Source: Eledone cirrhosa
Taxonomy: Eukaryota
NCBI GenBank assembly: GCA_964016885.1
Contig: OZ024746.1
Span: 20,584,001-20,648,000 of the forward strand
DNA length: 64,000 nucleotides
Reading direction: 5' to 3'
Within the stretch, counting starts at the first letter, position 1; every line of letters starts with the position of its first letter. Shown here piece by piece: positions 1-13,121 of this stretch. The notes beneath the pieces are model-generated. The model saw only the letters and a program-made list of their open reading frames with translations. It did no database searches and was not told where the DNA came from. A program made the position numbers and the translations under genes.

Positions 1-1800
1 CCGACGACACCGTCAGGAGGCATCGGTCTGCCTCTCCACGTTCCGAGTTGCAGCCCGATGGATTTTTTCCCGGTTCAGTTTCGCTCCTGACAACCTTTCG
101 TACTCCTCCAGTAAGGTACCGATCGCCTCGATCTCCGAGTCGGTTGATACCATTACTGTTACGTCATCGGCGTAGGCCGACACCGCTTTGCTCAATCCTG
201 GTTCCAGTGGGATACCCTGCAACAACTCCAACTTCCTCAGTAAAGGCTCGAGAGTCAATACGTACAGAAGGGAGGAGAGAGGGCACCCCTGTCGAATGGA
301 TCGTGTGATTTCGAACGGCTTCGAAAGGTAGCCGTTCACCTTGATCCTAGAACAGATGTGGTTGCTATGTAGGGCAGTGATCCAGCCTCTGAAAACAGGA
401 CCGAACCCAGCCGCCGCTAGCACCGCATCCAGGTAACCATGGTCGACCCTATCGAAGGCCTTAGACTGATCCAAGTTGATCAGGGCCCCACCGAAGCCGG
501 GTTTGTTGCCAACCCTCTCTATGATGTATCGCATGAGGTGGAGGTTATCGTGAATGGACCTGGATGGGATAGCACATGTCTGCGCATCTCCCACCAGGCC
601 ACCCACGACAAGCGCCAACCTCTTTGCTAACACCTTGGCCAAAATCTTTAACTCTGTGTTTAGCAGGGTTATGGGCCGAAAATTATTTATACTATCCCCC
701 TTGTTCTCGTCCTTCCTCACCAGCGTGACTACGCCCTTGGCTACAGAACAAGGAATTCTCCCGTTCTGCTGCCAATTGCAGTAGACCGCTTCGAGGAGTT
801 CGGAGAAGAAGACCGGCATTGCTAAATAAAGTTCGTAAGGTATACCATCGAGACCTGGAGATTTGCGTCTGCTGCATTGGCTCAGCGCATCTCCGATCTC
901 ATCAGCCGAGATTGGTCCCTCGCAGGACTCTGCCTCTTCGTTCGAGAGACGCGGCAGGCCGTCGAGGTATGGACCGAAATCCACGCCTCCGCCCGGACCC
1001 TCGCCTCCCCCGAACAATCGGGCAAAGTGCCTTTGAAAGGCCTCGCACATCTGCTTAGGCTCCCGGATCACCCGTCCATCTTCGTCTTGCAACGACCGGA
1101 TGGTGGATCGATTTCCACGCTTAGCTTCTGTCACGCGGGCCCATCCAACGGCTTTGGCCCTCTCATTACCTAGAGCACGTATTTTACTTCGAATGACGCA
1201 GCCTTCGTGCTTTGCATCGAAAAACTGGTTCAAGGCCGTCCTCGATGCCAGCACTCTGGCCACATCTTCGCTCTTGATTGCCTCTTCTAATTTACCTGTT
1301 AATTCTTTCTCGTTTCTATTCCTATCGGCAGCTAACATCTTGCTATAACTTATTGATTCTGTTCTAATCTCTCTTTTGAGAGATGCCCACCATCGGTTGT
1401 TGACGATTGCACCCGTCAACCTCTCCTTAACTAATCTGCTAATCCGGTTTCTGTAAGTCTCTTTTGCCGGTAAAGACAAATTAAGTTTCCAGTAACCGGG
1501 ACCCTGTTTATGTGTTTTCTCGAGATTGACCACGCAGGTCACTAATTTGTGATCCGTGTAGCCAACCGTGCGCATTTCTGGACAGCTTAATATGTCCCTA
1601 TCCTTACTTCTAACTAAGAATCTATCTAAGTACGATCTAGATTGACCACTGTGGTTTCTCCAAGTCCAGGTAGGCACAGTTGGAAAATCTAGTCGATATC
1701 TATCGACCAAGTTAAAACGGTCGAGTAACCCCTTGAGGCTGTTACACCCCCCTCTATTAGGACATGCTCCTGCATAGTCCCAACGTGCATCCAGGCCCAC
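1..1800 (-). mobile_element. Tx1/L1-clade LINE, 5'-truncated; ORF2 fragment (APE C-terminus + reverse transcriptase), runs off the left edge
   Basis: 595-aa ORF 13..1800 with TWTW..SRSYLDRF..TDHK (APE end), KSPGLDG, NFRPITLLNTELK, LDQSKAFDRVDH, RQGCPLS, AYADD; frameshift near the window edge; same family as 34683-38437; (GATA)n/(GA)n at its 5' side. Confidence 0.95.
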
Positions 1801-1867
1801 ACACAGAGACAGAAATAGATAGATAGATAGATAGATATATAGATAGAGAGAGAGAGAGAGAGCGAGA

Positions 1868-2320
1868 GAGAGTTTCTAACACAGAAGCAAGTCTAACATT
1901 GGACTTCAGACATTATCAAATAGGTAAATACATATGAATATCTGTATGTACTTGTATGTGTGTATGCAGGTATGGATGTTATTGCATATGTAGATCTGTA
2001 TGTTTTGAGTTATATGTGTACAGGTGCACATGTTTCTGTATCTATATATGGGTATATTTTAGGCCGAATTTCTGAAATGTATATATATTCTTCTGGTTTT
2101 ATAATTTCACTCATTTTTGCCAATAGAAAGAGTTGGTTTCTAACATAGATACAAGACTCTCTCATTGGAATTTACACAACATCAACTAGGTATGCATGTC
2201 TGCATGTCTGCAGGTCTGCATGTCTGAATGTCTGCATGTGTGTACAGGTATGGGTGTTATTGTATGTGTGGATGAGTATGTTTTGAGTTGTATGTGTGTA
2301 TGTGCATACGCTTTGTATCT
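1868..2320 (-). mobile_element. Two tandem 3'-UTR fragments of the R4/Dong-like LINE
   Basis: 2088-2200 is the reverse complement of the 3' UTR ending at 32859; 1868-2060 is a more diverged copy. Confidence 0.7.
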
Positions 2321-2322
2321 GT

Positions 2323-2826
2323 ACACTCACTCACTCCTCACTCACTCACTCATTCACTCACTCACTCATTCACTTACTCACTCACTCACACACTCACTCG
2401 CTCACTCACTCGCTCACTCCCTCACTCACTCACTCACACACTCACTCGCTCACTCACTCGTTCACTCCCTCACTCCCTCACTCACTCACTCACTCGCTCA
2501 GTCCCTCACTCACTCACTCACTCACCCACTCCCTCACTCCCTCCCTCCCTCCCTCCCTCCCTCCCTCACTCACTCCCTCACTCCCTCCCTCACTCACTCA
2601 CTCCCTCACTCCCTCCCTCACTCACTCACTCACTTCACCCCCTCACTCATTCACTCCCTCACTCCCTCACTCACACACTCACTCACTCCCTCACTCCCTC
2701 CTTCACTCACTCCCTCACTCCCTCCCTCCCTCCCTCACTCCCTCACTCCCTCCATAACTCACTCATTCCATCCCTCACTCACTCACTCACTCACTCACCC
2801 CTCCCTTACTCACTAACTCACTCACT
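2323..2826. repeat. (CACT)n/(CCCT)n compound microsatellite
   Basis: Directly visible. Confidence 0.95.
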
Positions 2827-2976
2827 CAGAGATTATAGAAATTCATTATTCAATAAATTAAATATTCGTATAAATCAAATTCTTGTTTTATGTTTAGATA
2901 TCTCTATGTTCTCTTCTGTTCATGTATGTATGTATGTATGTATGTATGTATGTATGTATGTATGTATGTATGTATG

Positions 2977-3521
2977 TTTTGTTTTTAGTTCTGCAGGATG
3001 TCCAAAGTCACCCTCCTCACCAAGAAACCTTGGTGGGGTTGCCAGTTTAGTCGCCAACGACCCGTCAAAGAGCAAAGGAGCTCTTAAGCGTAAATGGCCA
3101 TCCAAAATCACCGGGAGAGATGACCCCTTAGCCTTTGTCAAGGCAGAATTCTAGGAGAAGGAAAACTCTGATATAACACCTGCAACCCTGATGGTATCCA
3201 ATGATGTTGACTTGTTCTTCTTTTTGGTAAATATCATCTTGGTTAAGAGAGTGGGACTGGCTTTGTGCAGTGCCTTTGATCACTATAAAAGCTTCACGGC
3301 ACAGGCATTGCTTTATATCTGGAGATCTCTCTGCACTTGTCGTCACATGGTACCATGGGCCCAGCACTATGTGTCAATAATTGTCACAAGTGTAGTGTTT
3401 GTACTAGAGTTTTCAAGTCGCTGGCTGGACTAAAAAGACACACTCGTTCAGCCCATCGGTAGGGGTTCTCCTACATGAATATAAAGTAGTGGCCGTACTC
3501 GAAAACGAGTTGGCAGCCACC
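2977..3521 (+). mobile_element. RTE-derived non-autonomous retroposon family A, copy with inverted 5' segment
   Basis: Matches 4172-4780; 2977-3063 is inverted; ends GGCAGCCACC + (ATGT)n. Confidence 0.85.
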
Positions 3522-3761
3522 ATGTATGTATGTATGTATGTATGTATGTATGTATGTATGTATGTATGTATGTATGTATGTATGTATGTATGTATGTATG
3601 TATGTGTGTATGTATGTATACATGTATGTATGTGTGCATGTATGTATGTATGTATGTATGTATGTATGTATGTATGTATGTATGTATGTATGTGTGTGTG
3701 TGTATGTATGTATGTATGTATGTATGTATGTATGTATGTATGTATGTATGTATGTATGTAT

Positions 3762-4140
3762 GGTCGGAAGAACTCATAAGAGTCAACGGCCATCCGAAAG
3801 TGTGTAAATATGTATATACACATGTACCACGCGGTTGATCCACTGGGAGTGAAGGACCCCTAGCCTTTGTCAGGTCATTCTTCTAGGAGAAGGCAACTCA
3901 GGAAACTGGGATGACTCGGATATAAAACCTACAGCTCAGTAGTTACCGATGATGTTGATCTTTTCTTCTTTTCGGGTTATAGCTACTGTCGCTCAGAGAG
4001 TGGGATTGGCTCAGTGCACAGTCTTTCCTCACTTTAAAAATATCTTCACGCACAGGCATTGCACGATAGAATTAATTAGTAATTATTAATAATGGTATAT
4101 TGTGCAATGGCCATACTCGATAACGAGGGGGCAGCCATCA
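3762..4140 (+). mobile_element. RTE-derived retroposon family B, 5'-truncated
   Basis: Shares CTAGGAGAAGG motif and TGGCCATACTCGA..GCAGCCA tail with family A; second copy at 10018-10533 (-). Confidence 0.8.
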
Positions 4141-4171
4141 TGTATGTGTGTGTACGTATGTATGTATATAT

Positions 4172-4780
4172 GTCAGGTCACCAGTTGGTGCTACTGGTAA
4201 CATGTATCCCAGTACAACCTGTCTCATGGTCGGGTCGTTGGCGACTAAACTGGCAACCCCACCAAGGTTTCTTGGTGAGGAGGGTGACTTTGGACATCCT
4301 GCAGGACTAAAAACAAAACCTGTCAAAGGGCAAAGGAGCTCTTAAGAGTCAATGGCCATCCAAAATCACTGGGAGAGATGACCCCTTAGCCTTTGTCAAG
4401 GCAGAATTCTAGGAGAAGGAAAACTCTGATATAACACCTGCAACCCTGATGGTATCCAATGATGTTGACTTGCTCTTCTTTTTGGTAAATATCATCTTGG
4501 TTAAGAGAGTGGGACTGGCTTTGTGCAGTGCCTTTGCTCACTATAAAAGCTTCACGGCACAGGCATTGCTTTATATCTGGAGATCTCTCTGCACTTGTCG
4601 TCACATGGTACTATGGGCCCAGTACTATGTGTCAATGATTGTCACAAGTGTAGTGTTTGTACCAGAGTTTTCAAGTCGCTGTCTGGACTAAAAAGTCACA
4701 CTCGTTCAACGCATCGGTAGGGGTTCTCCTACATGGATATAAAGTAGTGGCCGTACTCGAAAACGAGTTGGCAGCCACCA
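4172..4780 (+). mobile_element. RTE-derived retroposon family A, full length (about 610 bp)
   Basis: Same ends as 31763-32371; RTE 5'-UTR-like TAGGAGAAGGAAAACTCTGA; 3' part encodes an RTE-type terminal C2H2 finger; flanked by (TATG)n. Confidence 0.85.
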
Positions 4781-5440
4781 TATATGTATGTATGTACGTA
4801 CGTATGTATGTATGTATGTATGTATGTATGTATGTATGTATGTATGTGTATGTATGTTTATGTATGTATGTATGTATGTATGTATGTATGTATGTATGTA
4901 TGTATGTATATATGTGTGTATTTATGTTTATGTATGTGTGTGTATGTGTGCATGTGTATATGTATGTATGTACGTATGTGTGTATGTATGTACGTATGTG
5001 TGTATGTATGTTTATGTATGTATGTGTATGTTTCTTCACTGTTAGAAATTTAGTGTTTAATTTGTATGTCACATCTCTCACATCATATAACAATTGGTAC
5101 GAGTTTCTCCGAATATCAAACCGGTTTTAGTATTGTTTCATAGCAATAATAATGTTTCATTTTGAATTTTCATTTCCTGATTAGAATTCCTTAATTCTGT
5201 ATTATTAAGTTGCTTTCGTCACTTCCATATGTTTGCACGTGATCAAATGCACATCAATAGAATTTACACACTTTACATCAGCAAAGCCTTTGTATTTATA
5301 TTGTCTGGGAATCATTTGTTTCCCTTCGATTGGTTCAGAAGCTTCTAGTCAAATTGTATCACTGCAATGTGCATTGAAGAAGTTCTCTTTAACCCACACT
5401 ATATCAAATCTGGTGTATTCCAAAGTTCAGTCATTCTCTC

Positions 5441-5634
5441 CGAGAGTAGGCTTCCAAGTTAATTGGCTGACTATGAAGAAGTGATGCTAGAGCTGGGAAA
5501 TCTTGAATACATTAATTTCAACTCTTATTAATAATTTCATCGTTTCTTTCTCGGGATTATGTTGAAAAATAAACCTCATGTGGTCATTTCATGAGAGTAT
5601 CTTGGTTAACCTATGAAACTTTCAGCCGATACTC

Positions 5635-5637
<3 letters not shown>
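5441..5637. mobile_element. mariner-type MITE (about 200 bp), degenerate
   Basis: Imperfect TIRs resembling CGAGGGTCGGCTGAAAAGTTCATAGG; homologous to 6298, 34258 and 39668 copies. Confidence 0.7.
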
Positions 5638-5706
<69 letters not shown>

Positions 5707-6297
5707 AAAGTTTGTCCTTCATCAGTGATCTTCCAACTATCATAGGTATTTCATCGCTTTAAAGACCATATCCCTCCGGTTGGTGCGAGCAACGGCTAAA
5801 AAAAGTCGTTGGGACACGTAAATAAAGGGGACGCGAGGGTAAACAAACAAAATGGTGAGGCAACAGAAAGTGAGGAATAAGGAGACAAGTCCCAGATTTC
5901 TATGAATTTAAGTTCGGTGAAATCCTGAACGAGAGAATAAAGACCATCAAACCTGGTTGAAATGTGAGCAAGGAAGGAATTTCGCACAGGTCTAACGGGA
6001 GGAAGAAGGGGTCTGGTCTGCGAATTCGGTAAACATAAGTTCTGTGAAATCGTAGACGAGAGAGAAAAAATTCCGACCAGCTTGGCCGAGAATGTGAGAG
6101 AAAAGAGTTACTCACAGGTCAAACGGGAAGAAAGAGGAGGAGGAGAGGTAGTGACAGAGAATGAGTGAGTGAAGGGTGAGGTGAGGAAGAGGCTAACAGA
6201 GAGAGAGACTGCTAGAAAGGGTAAAGATACATAGAACGAAAAAGTCGGTGTAGCAGCAGAGGAAAAAATATGTGTAAATATGATAATAAGGGCGCTG

Positions 6298-6559
6298 CGG
6301 AGTAGGCTGTAAAGTTCATAGGATGATTATGAAGGAGTGATGTTAGAGCTGTGAAATCTTGCATGCATCAATTTGAACTCTTCTTATTGATAACTGCATT
6401 GTTTCTTTCCAGGGACAATTATTCTATCATTCCATTACGTGTTGCTGCCGAGAGGCTGAGGTCATGCTGGAGCACTGTCATTGTTGAAAAACAAACCTCA
6501 TTTGGTCAATCCACGAGAGAATCTTGGTCAGCTTATGAACTTTTCAGTCGACCCTCGTA
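6298..6559. mobile_element. mariner-type MITE copy with internal insertion
   Basis: Ends ..TTTTCAGTCGACCCTCGTA; body shared with 5441 and 39668 copies. Confidence 0.7.
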
Positions 6560-6647
6560 CATTAGTGATCCTCATTTATTCTCTGCATCAACGACTCACT
6601 TGCTGCAATATTGAACAACGTACGCCCATGCAGATGACACCACCTTC

Positions 6648-6681
<34 letters not shown>

Positions 6682-6784
6682 CATATATATATATATACAC
6701 ACACAAAATGTAAACAGAAACAACAAAGCAAACAAAACAATAGAATGAAGATATATATTAGTTTAATGCTCGAAATAGTAGGAA

Positions 6785-6826
6785 AAGAGTCTTTACGTTT
6801 CGGACACTAGTCTTTCATCAGTAGGT
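6785..6826 (-). ncRNA. Minimal hammerhead-like motif in a probable PLE terminal remnant
   Basis: Minus strand CTGATGA-AAGACTAGTGTCC-GAAACGTA; stem II GAC/GTC; stem I weak. Confidence 0.45.
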
Positions 6827-8981
6827 AGAATGAGAAATAAAAGCTGAAATAGAAAGATAGAAGAAAAAGGAATACAAAAAAAAAGTAATTAGAAAAAAAA
6901 AACACGTGTATTTAGTCAGCCATTTTGGAGAAAAAATATATATGTTCGCACATTTCTGACACGCCCATATATGTACTTTTGTGTATGTATAGAAGTGTGC
7001 CCGTGTGTGCATCAGAACATGTATGTACATATACGTGAGCACATGACTGAGCAGATATATGTTAGTGTATGAAATTAAGTAACCCACAATTCATATTGAT
7101 TTTTTTTAACGCCTAAAAGAGCAATAACAATATATGGAATAAATAATTGGACTCGTAAAATAAAAACAATGTGTAAAATCTCTGTTTTTGTAAAAAATTT
7201 TACTAAGCTCATGATGTCATTAATTTCGAAAAAATTTCACATTATATATGCTATGGCAATAGATTATTTAAAGAATATCGAAAAGGCGCTTTCCATGTTG
7301 CTTTGTAAGTGTTCACAAATCTGATTTTTCTCCCTTAAAAAGCGGAACTGTGTTCAGAAAAAGGAAATAGACTTGTCTCTCAACTATAGCTATAAACAAA
7401 CACAGTTTCAATGTTGTTTTGTCAACTATTGAACTCAACTAATTATGTTCTCTTTTCATTCTTTCTTTAACTCTTTCTTCGCATTTTCCTTCTGAAAGTT
7501 ATGAGTCAGTATTCGCAATTACAACCAAGTATCAAAATCGTTTTATATTGTTCAGATATTTTCTCTTTTAGTCTGGAGTGTAATTTGTGTCAGGATATCA
7601 ATCATTCTTTAACATACGCCATGAATAGATTAAATTTCACGCTAGTAGCCAGTATCTTGCACAACATTGGCCTTAGTTATTATATTACATAAATGAAGTC
7701 CACAAAATCTATTATTATTATTATGAAATATCTCGTTGTATGTACTCAGCTAAGAAATATAAGCATTTATTCTAATTTTTATATAGAATATACAGTAGTT
7801 ATATATATATATATATATTGCTGCGTTGTCGTTATCCAATTGGTTGTAATGCTTGTGCGAAGGAAAGATAGGTAGCGTTCATGGCTTAGAATATGAAATA
7901 CAATAACTATGTTATTTAGCCCCCCCCCCCCCCCCCCCCGCGCACACACACACACACACACACATGTAATTATATATACGCACATGTGTGTATGCGTGTA
8001 TTTGAGTATGATTGAATATGAATATGTAGATCAAAGCTGATTTCCTAACATTTATTTCATTAAAATAAGTTGTAGCAGAAAGCTGGAAATATATTTTAGA
8101 TTTATCATTTTATTTTAAGGTTGTGGTTGAAACAAAACGAGAGAAGTGTGTGAGAAGCAACCAACATTAAGCAGTTAGTTTTCTTTACTAATTTCTGCTC
8201 AGATTGAAAGTCTGTTGCACATTTCCACCGGGTATCGTTGTGTAATTATGTATTCCAAGACAGAAAGAGTTCTCTGCCTTGTCTAACACAATTAGGAATC
8301 TTTATACAATGTACGTCATGTTAATGTTTTACTTCAAATTAAAATAAAATGAACGGAATTATTAGAAGGCTGTTTAACAATGGTATTTTTTCTATATTAA
8401 ATTTGACCCATAATAACTTTTAACATATGACCTAAAGCACTTCATTTTCAAGGTTTCATGATGAGACGTGGAGTAATTCTAATATATTTTACATGATTAT
8501 TACCCGGCAGAGATAAAGAAACAAACACACACAAACAAACAAACACAATCAAATTTGACGTCATCAATTAAAGTTACTAGCAATAACGAATGCAAAGCAC
8601 AAAACAAATCCAACAAACAAACCAACAATTGAAAACTTCATTTTAGATATTAATCAGTGATGACTTTATTTTAAGCAATCAAATCACGTTGAATATCTGA
8701 AAGTAGAGAATGTTTAGTTTACTGACAATGAGTTCGAGATCAACCTTAGACCTCAATCACAACGATCGACTGATTGTGAACGACTGGCTCTATTTAATGA
8801 ATAAAAATGGAATAATATAAATAAATGTTGATTCTATGAATGCATTCATTTAGACAGTGAAGTAAATTATGGTTTTGGTTGAAAAAATGTTTTCTATGTT
8901 ATCGGGTGATACAACTCATCCATTGTCTTTATTTGTACATGTATGCATACATGCTGATTTGCATATGTATATATGTATGTA

Positions 8982-9462
8982 TGGTCGGTCTTCAGCGCTA
9001 CTGGTAACATGTAACTCAATATAACCTGTGGATGGTCGGGTCGTCGGCGACTAAACCGGCAACCTCACCAAGCTTGCTTGGTGAGGAAGGTGATTTTGGA
9101 GACCCTGTGGAATGAAAAACAAAACCCATCAAAGGTGAGGAACTCAAAAGAGTCAACGCCCATACAATAAAGTATTTAGTGAAATGAGAGACCCCCCACC
9201 CCCTAGTCTTCATTAAGACATCTCTTTATGAGAAGGTCACTCTGATGTAAAATATAAATACCAATTTTAGATTCAACACATCTTTAGATAAAATATGATC
9301 TAAACGACTATCACGTGTGTTGGCCCTTTATTTTGTCTTTCGCTGCAGCATGTACAAAAAGGAATCTAAGTCTGTGGGATGACTAAAACGTCCATGTTCG
9401 TGCTACCCATGTATGGGAAAAAGTTCAAGACATGGCAATTCCCGAAACTGAGATGCAGCCAT
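8982..9462 (+). mobile_element. Older RTE-derived retroposon (family C)
   Basis: 5' end homologous to family A; degenerate zinc-finger segment; tail ATGGCAATTCCCGAAACTGAGATGCAGCC + (ATGT)n. Confidence 0.7.
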
Positions 9463-9538
9463 TATGTATGTATGTATGTATGTATGTATGTATGTATGTA
9501 TGTATGTATGTATGTATGTATGTATGTATGTATGTATG

Positions 9539-9942
9539 AGAGATGACCCCTTAGCCTTTGTCAAGGCAGAATTCTAGGAGAAGGAAAACTCTGATATAAC
9601 ACCTGCAACCCTGATGGTATCCAATGATGTTGACTTGTTCTTTTTGGTAAATATCATCTTGGTTAAGAGAGTGGGACTGGCTTTGTGCACTGCCTTTGCT
9701 CACTATAAAAGCTTCACGGCACAGGCATTGCTTTATATCTGGAGATCTCTCTGCCCTTGTCGTCATATGGTACCATGGGCCCAGCACTATGTGTCAATAA
9801 TTGTCACAAGTGTAGTGTTTGTACCAGAGTATTCAAGTCGCTGGCTGGACTAAAAAGTCACACTCGTTCAGCGCATCGGTAGGGGTTCTCCTACATGGAT
9901 ATAAAGTAGTGGCCGTACTCGAAAACGAGTTGGCAGCCACCA
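9539..9942 (+). mobile_element. Family A retroposon, 5'-truncated
   Basis: Near-identical to the 3' part of 4172-4780; in (TATG)n. Confidence 0.9.
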
Positions 9943-10017
9943 TGTATGTATGTATGTATGTATGTATGTATGTATGTATGTATGTATGTATGTATGTATG
10001 TATGTATGTATGTATGT

Positions 10018-10533
10018 TATCGAGTATGCCATTGCACGATATACCATTATTAATAATTATTAATTAATTCTATCGTGCAATGCCTGTGCGTGAAGATATT
10101 TTTAAAGTGGGGAAATACTGTGCACTGAGCCAATCCCACTCTCTGAGCGACAGTAGCTATAACTCGAAAAGAAGAAGAGATCAACATCATCGGTAACTAC
10201 TGAGCCGCAGGTTTTATATCAGAGTTATCCCAGTTTCCTGAGTTACCTTCTCCTAGAAGAATGCCCTGACAAAGGCTTGGGGTCATTCACTCCCAGTGGT
10301 ATAGCTGCGTGGTACATGTGTATATACATATTTACACACTTTCGGATGGTCGTTGACCTTTATGAGTTCTTCCGCCCTTAGTCAGGTTTTGTTTTTTGTC
10401 TTGCAGGGTGTTCAAAATCACCCTCCTCACCAAGTAAACTTGGTGGGGTTGCCAGTTTAGTCGCCGGTGACCCGACCATGCGACAGGTTGTACTGGGTTA
10501 CATGTTACCAGTAGAACTCAAGAGTGACCCAAC
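10018..10533 (-). mobile_element. Family B retroposon, near full length
   Basis: Reverse complement of 3762-4140 plus the shared 5' end. Confidence 0.8.
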
Positions 10534-10534
10534 A

Positions 10535-10740
10535 TAATCTGGAGATCTCTCTGCACCTGTCGTCACATGGTACCATGGGCCCAGCACTATGTGTCAATAA
10601 TTGTCACAAGTGTAGTGTTTGTACCAGAGTTTTCAAGCCGCTGGCTGGACTAAAAAGCCACGCTCGTTCAGCGCATCGGTAGGGGTTCTCCTACATGGAT
10701 ATAAAGTAGTGGCCGTATTCGAAAACGAGTTGGCAGCCAC
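10535..10740 (+). mobile_element. Family A retroposon 3' fragment
   Basis: Direct match; followed by (TATG)n. Confidence 0.9.
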
Positions 10741-10902
10741 TATGTATGTATGTATGTATGTATGTATGTATGTATGTATGTATGTATGTATGTATGTATG
10801 TATGTATGTATGTATGTATGTATGTATGTATGTATGTATGTATAAGATACAACATCTGCAATATTAAAGAAAAAAACTTAAAATGTAATACAGAAGCGAG
10901 AA

Positions 10903-11130
10903 AATAATGGTTTCTGATTTAGGCACAATGCCAACAATTTGGAAAGGGCAGGGGAAAGTCAATTAAATCGACTCCATGGCGTTACTGGTGCTTTATTGCA
11001 TCGACTCCGTAAGGATAAAAGGCTAAGCTAATTTCGGCCGGATGTGAACGTAGGACGTAAAGGGACGTAACTGTACATACCGCAAACCATTTTGTTTGAC
11101 GCTTTATCGATACTGCTAATCTACCACGAG
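10903..11130 (-). mobile_element. tRNA-derived SINE with Nin/Deu-like domain
   Basis: Diverged homolog of 47487-47700. Confidence 0.75.
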
Positions 11131-12056
11131 AAAGTAATGAAAGTGTATTTTCTTTGCTTAATTGCTACATGTACACACTACAATTTTCAATGTAAGGGAT
11201 CTATTGTGCCACGCTGAGATAAAACCGACGGTTTACTACATTTATACATAGTAAAGTGGTCACTTATAGGAAACTTTCATAAAATATCTTCAAGTGTTAA
11301 TTACAGCAAGCTTTCATAAAAGTTACAGTAAGGATTCATAAAAGCTTTTCTTCAAGTGTAGCTAAACATTTATATAAGGTTTATAGTTTTCAGCATTTTC
11401 AAACTCGTCTATTATGTTGCAGCTGCGGCCATATTCACGAGCACAATATGGCCGTCGTGGTTGAAACTATTCTCTTAATTCATTTTGTTCAATAACTTGA
11501 CTAGTTCCTTTCATATCAGCAACCTTTGAACCGATTTCCATTGGTTTAAAAATCCAATAGATAGCCAATAAAAGTATAAATACCAATTTTAGATTCAACA
11601 CATCTTTAGCTAAAACTAAAATACCACGCCTGTTGTATTTTGCTGTGCATTGAATTATTTCCCAGAAGGATTACGCAAAGATACAAGGGAGATTATTTTC
11701 GAACAATGTATTAAAACCCTATGTTTTATTTAAACATGTCCATTCACCAAAAATCATTGTTACTCCTGTTCATTAACTTACAATCCCAATAAAGCCATGG
11801 GAAATAACACCCCTCAATCTAGTGTACTATTCGTTCATTGACGATGTGCCTCAGTTGATATATCAGCCTGTTATTTTAAGTATCAACATAAGACAATACT
11901 GTAACATTAACATATTTGATTTTGTGGTTTATACCAGTTATTTATTCACTACAAAACTGTGGCGCTAACGTGATTAAGAAAAGTTAAGTTACGAACCAGC
12001 TGTCACGTGATAAACTACCCACGTGATTCATATATATGCTAGTATACGCACACCAT

Positions 12057-12262
12057 CAATAATGGTTTCTTATTTAGGTACAAAACCACAATTTTCGACT
12101 GTATCGGCCCCAGTACATTACTGGCGCTTTATTTCATCCACTCCGAAGAATGAAAGGCAAAGCTAATCTCGGTGGGTTTCGAACTCAGAACGGAAAGGAA
12201 CGTAACTATAAGCCGCAAAGCCTGCTGTCCGACGCACTCCTAATACTGCCAATCCACCGCCC
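12057..12262 (-). mobile_element. tRNA-derived SINE with Nin/Deu-like domain
   Basis: Head GGCGGTGGATTGGCAGTATTAGG and box B GAGTTCGAAACC on minus strand. Confidence 0.8.
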
Positions 12263-12640
12263 TCTCACCATCAATATCTCAACTAATATTTAAGCGCTGC
12301 AGGCTCTACTGCCAAGTAGTCCACTACTAGTTAATTCTAAATCTAAAGAAGTCTCTTAATTACTAACCTAAATCAAATATGTTAGTGCGAATTCGTATCA
12401 TTCATTTGTCACGAATGTAGTTTTTACCTTTTTCTCTGTACAACACCCCACTGGAGCTACAGAGTAGTCGATAAAAAATAGTTTTGTTCGAAAGCCGGTA
12501 CCTTGCTTAACAGATACAACCTCATCAGACAGTTATTGTGTAATCTTTTGTTCAACGTGTGATATGTTCCTGGTGGGTTTGAATTTCGTTTCTGAATTTG
12601 TTTAGCAAGATTCTTTATCTGAAAACGTGTGCTGAAACCG

Positions 12641-13054
12641 ATATTGTTATGCTTTGGGAGGGTCATGTTGCCAATAAGAAACACACGCACCAGTTGCTTT
12701 CACTCCAATTTATTATAAATTAAATTTATAAATTTAAGAATTTATAAATTTCCGGTTGGTTGGTTCCATAACCGGAGTGTTGTTCATATATTATCAAAGT
12801 TCGTTCGTCACACATTCTGTGACCTCTTCAGTGACTGGGAATTCTTTTCTTTGTTTTGTGCCTCTCAGCCACTGAAGAGGTCACAGAATGTGTGACGAAA
12901 GAACTTTGACAATATATGAACAACCGACCGGTTATGGAACCAACCAACCAACCAACCGGAAATTTATAAATTTAATTTATAATAAATTGGAGTGAAAGCA
13001 CCTGGTGCGTGTGTTTCTTATTGGCAACATGACCCTCCCAAAGCATAACAATAT
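12641..13054. mobile_element. Fold-back element (about 195-bp inverted arms) with hammerhead-like core; probable PLE derivative
   Basis: Arms 12641-12833 and 12870-13054; CTGAAGAG-GTCAC..GTGAC-GAAA at 12872-12900; abuts (TA)n. Confidence 0.7.
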
Positions 13055-13079
13055 ATATTGAATATTATATATATATTGA

Positions 13080-13121
<42 letters not shown>

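Noticed and set aside
2196-3154. His/Ser/Leu/Thr-rich ORFs
   Set aside because: (CACT)n microsatellite
2920-5030. CRISPR-like alternation of repeats and unique blocks
   Set aside because: Eukaryotic retroposons stacked in (TATG)n; no constant repeat/spacer lengths and no cas genes
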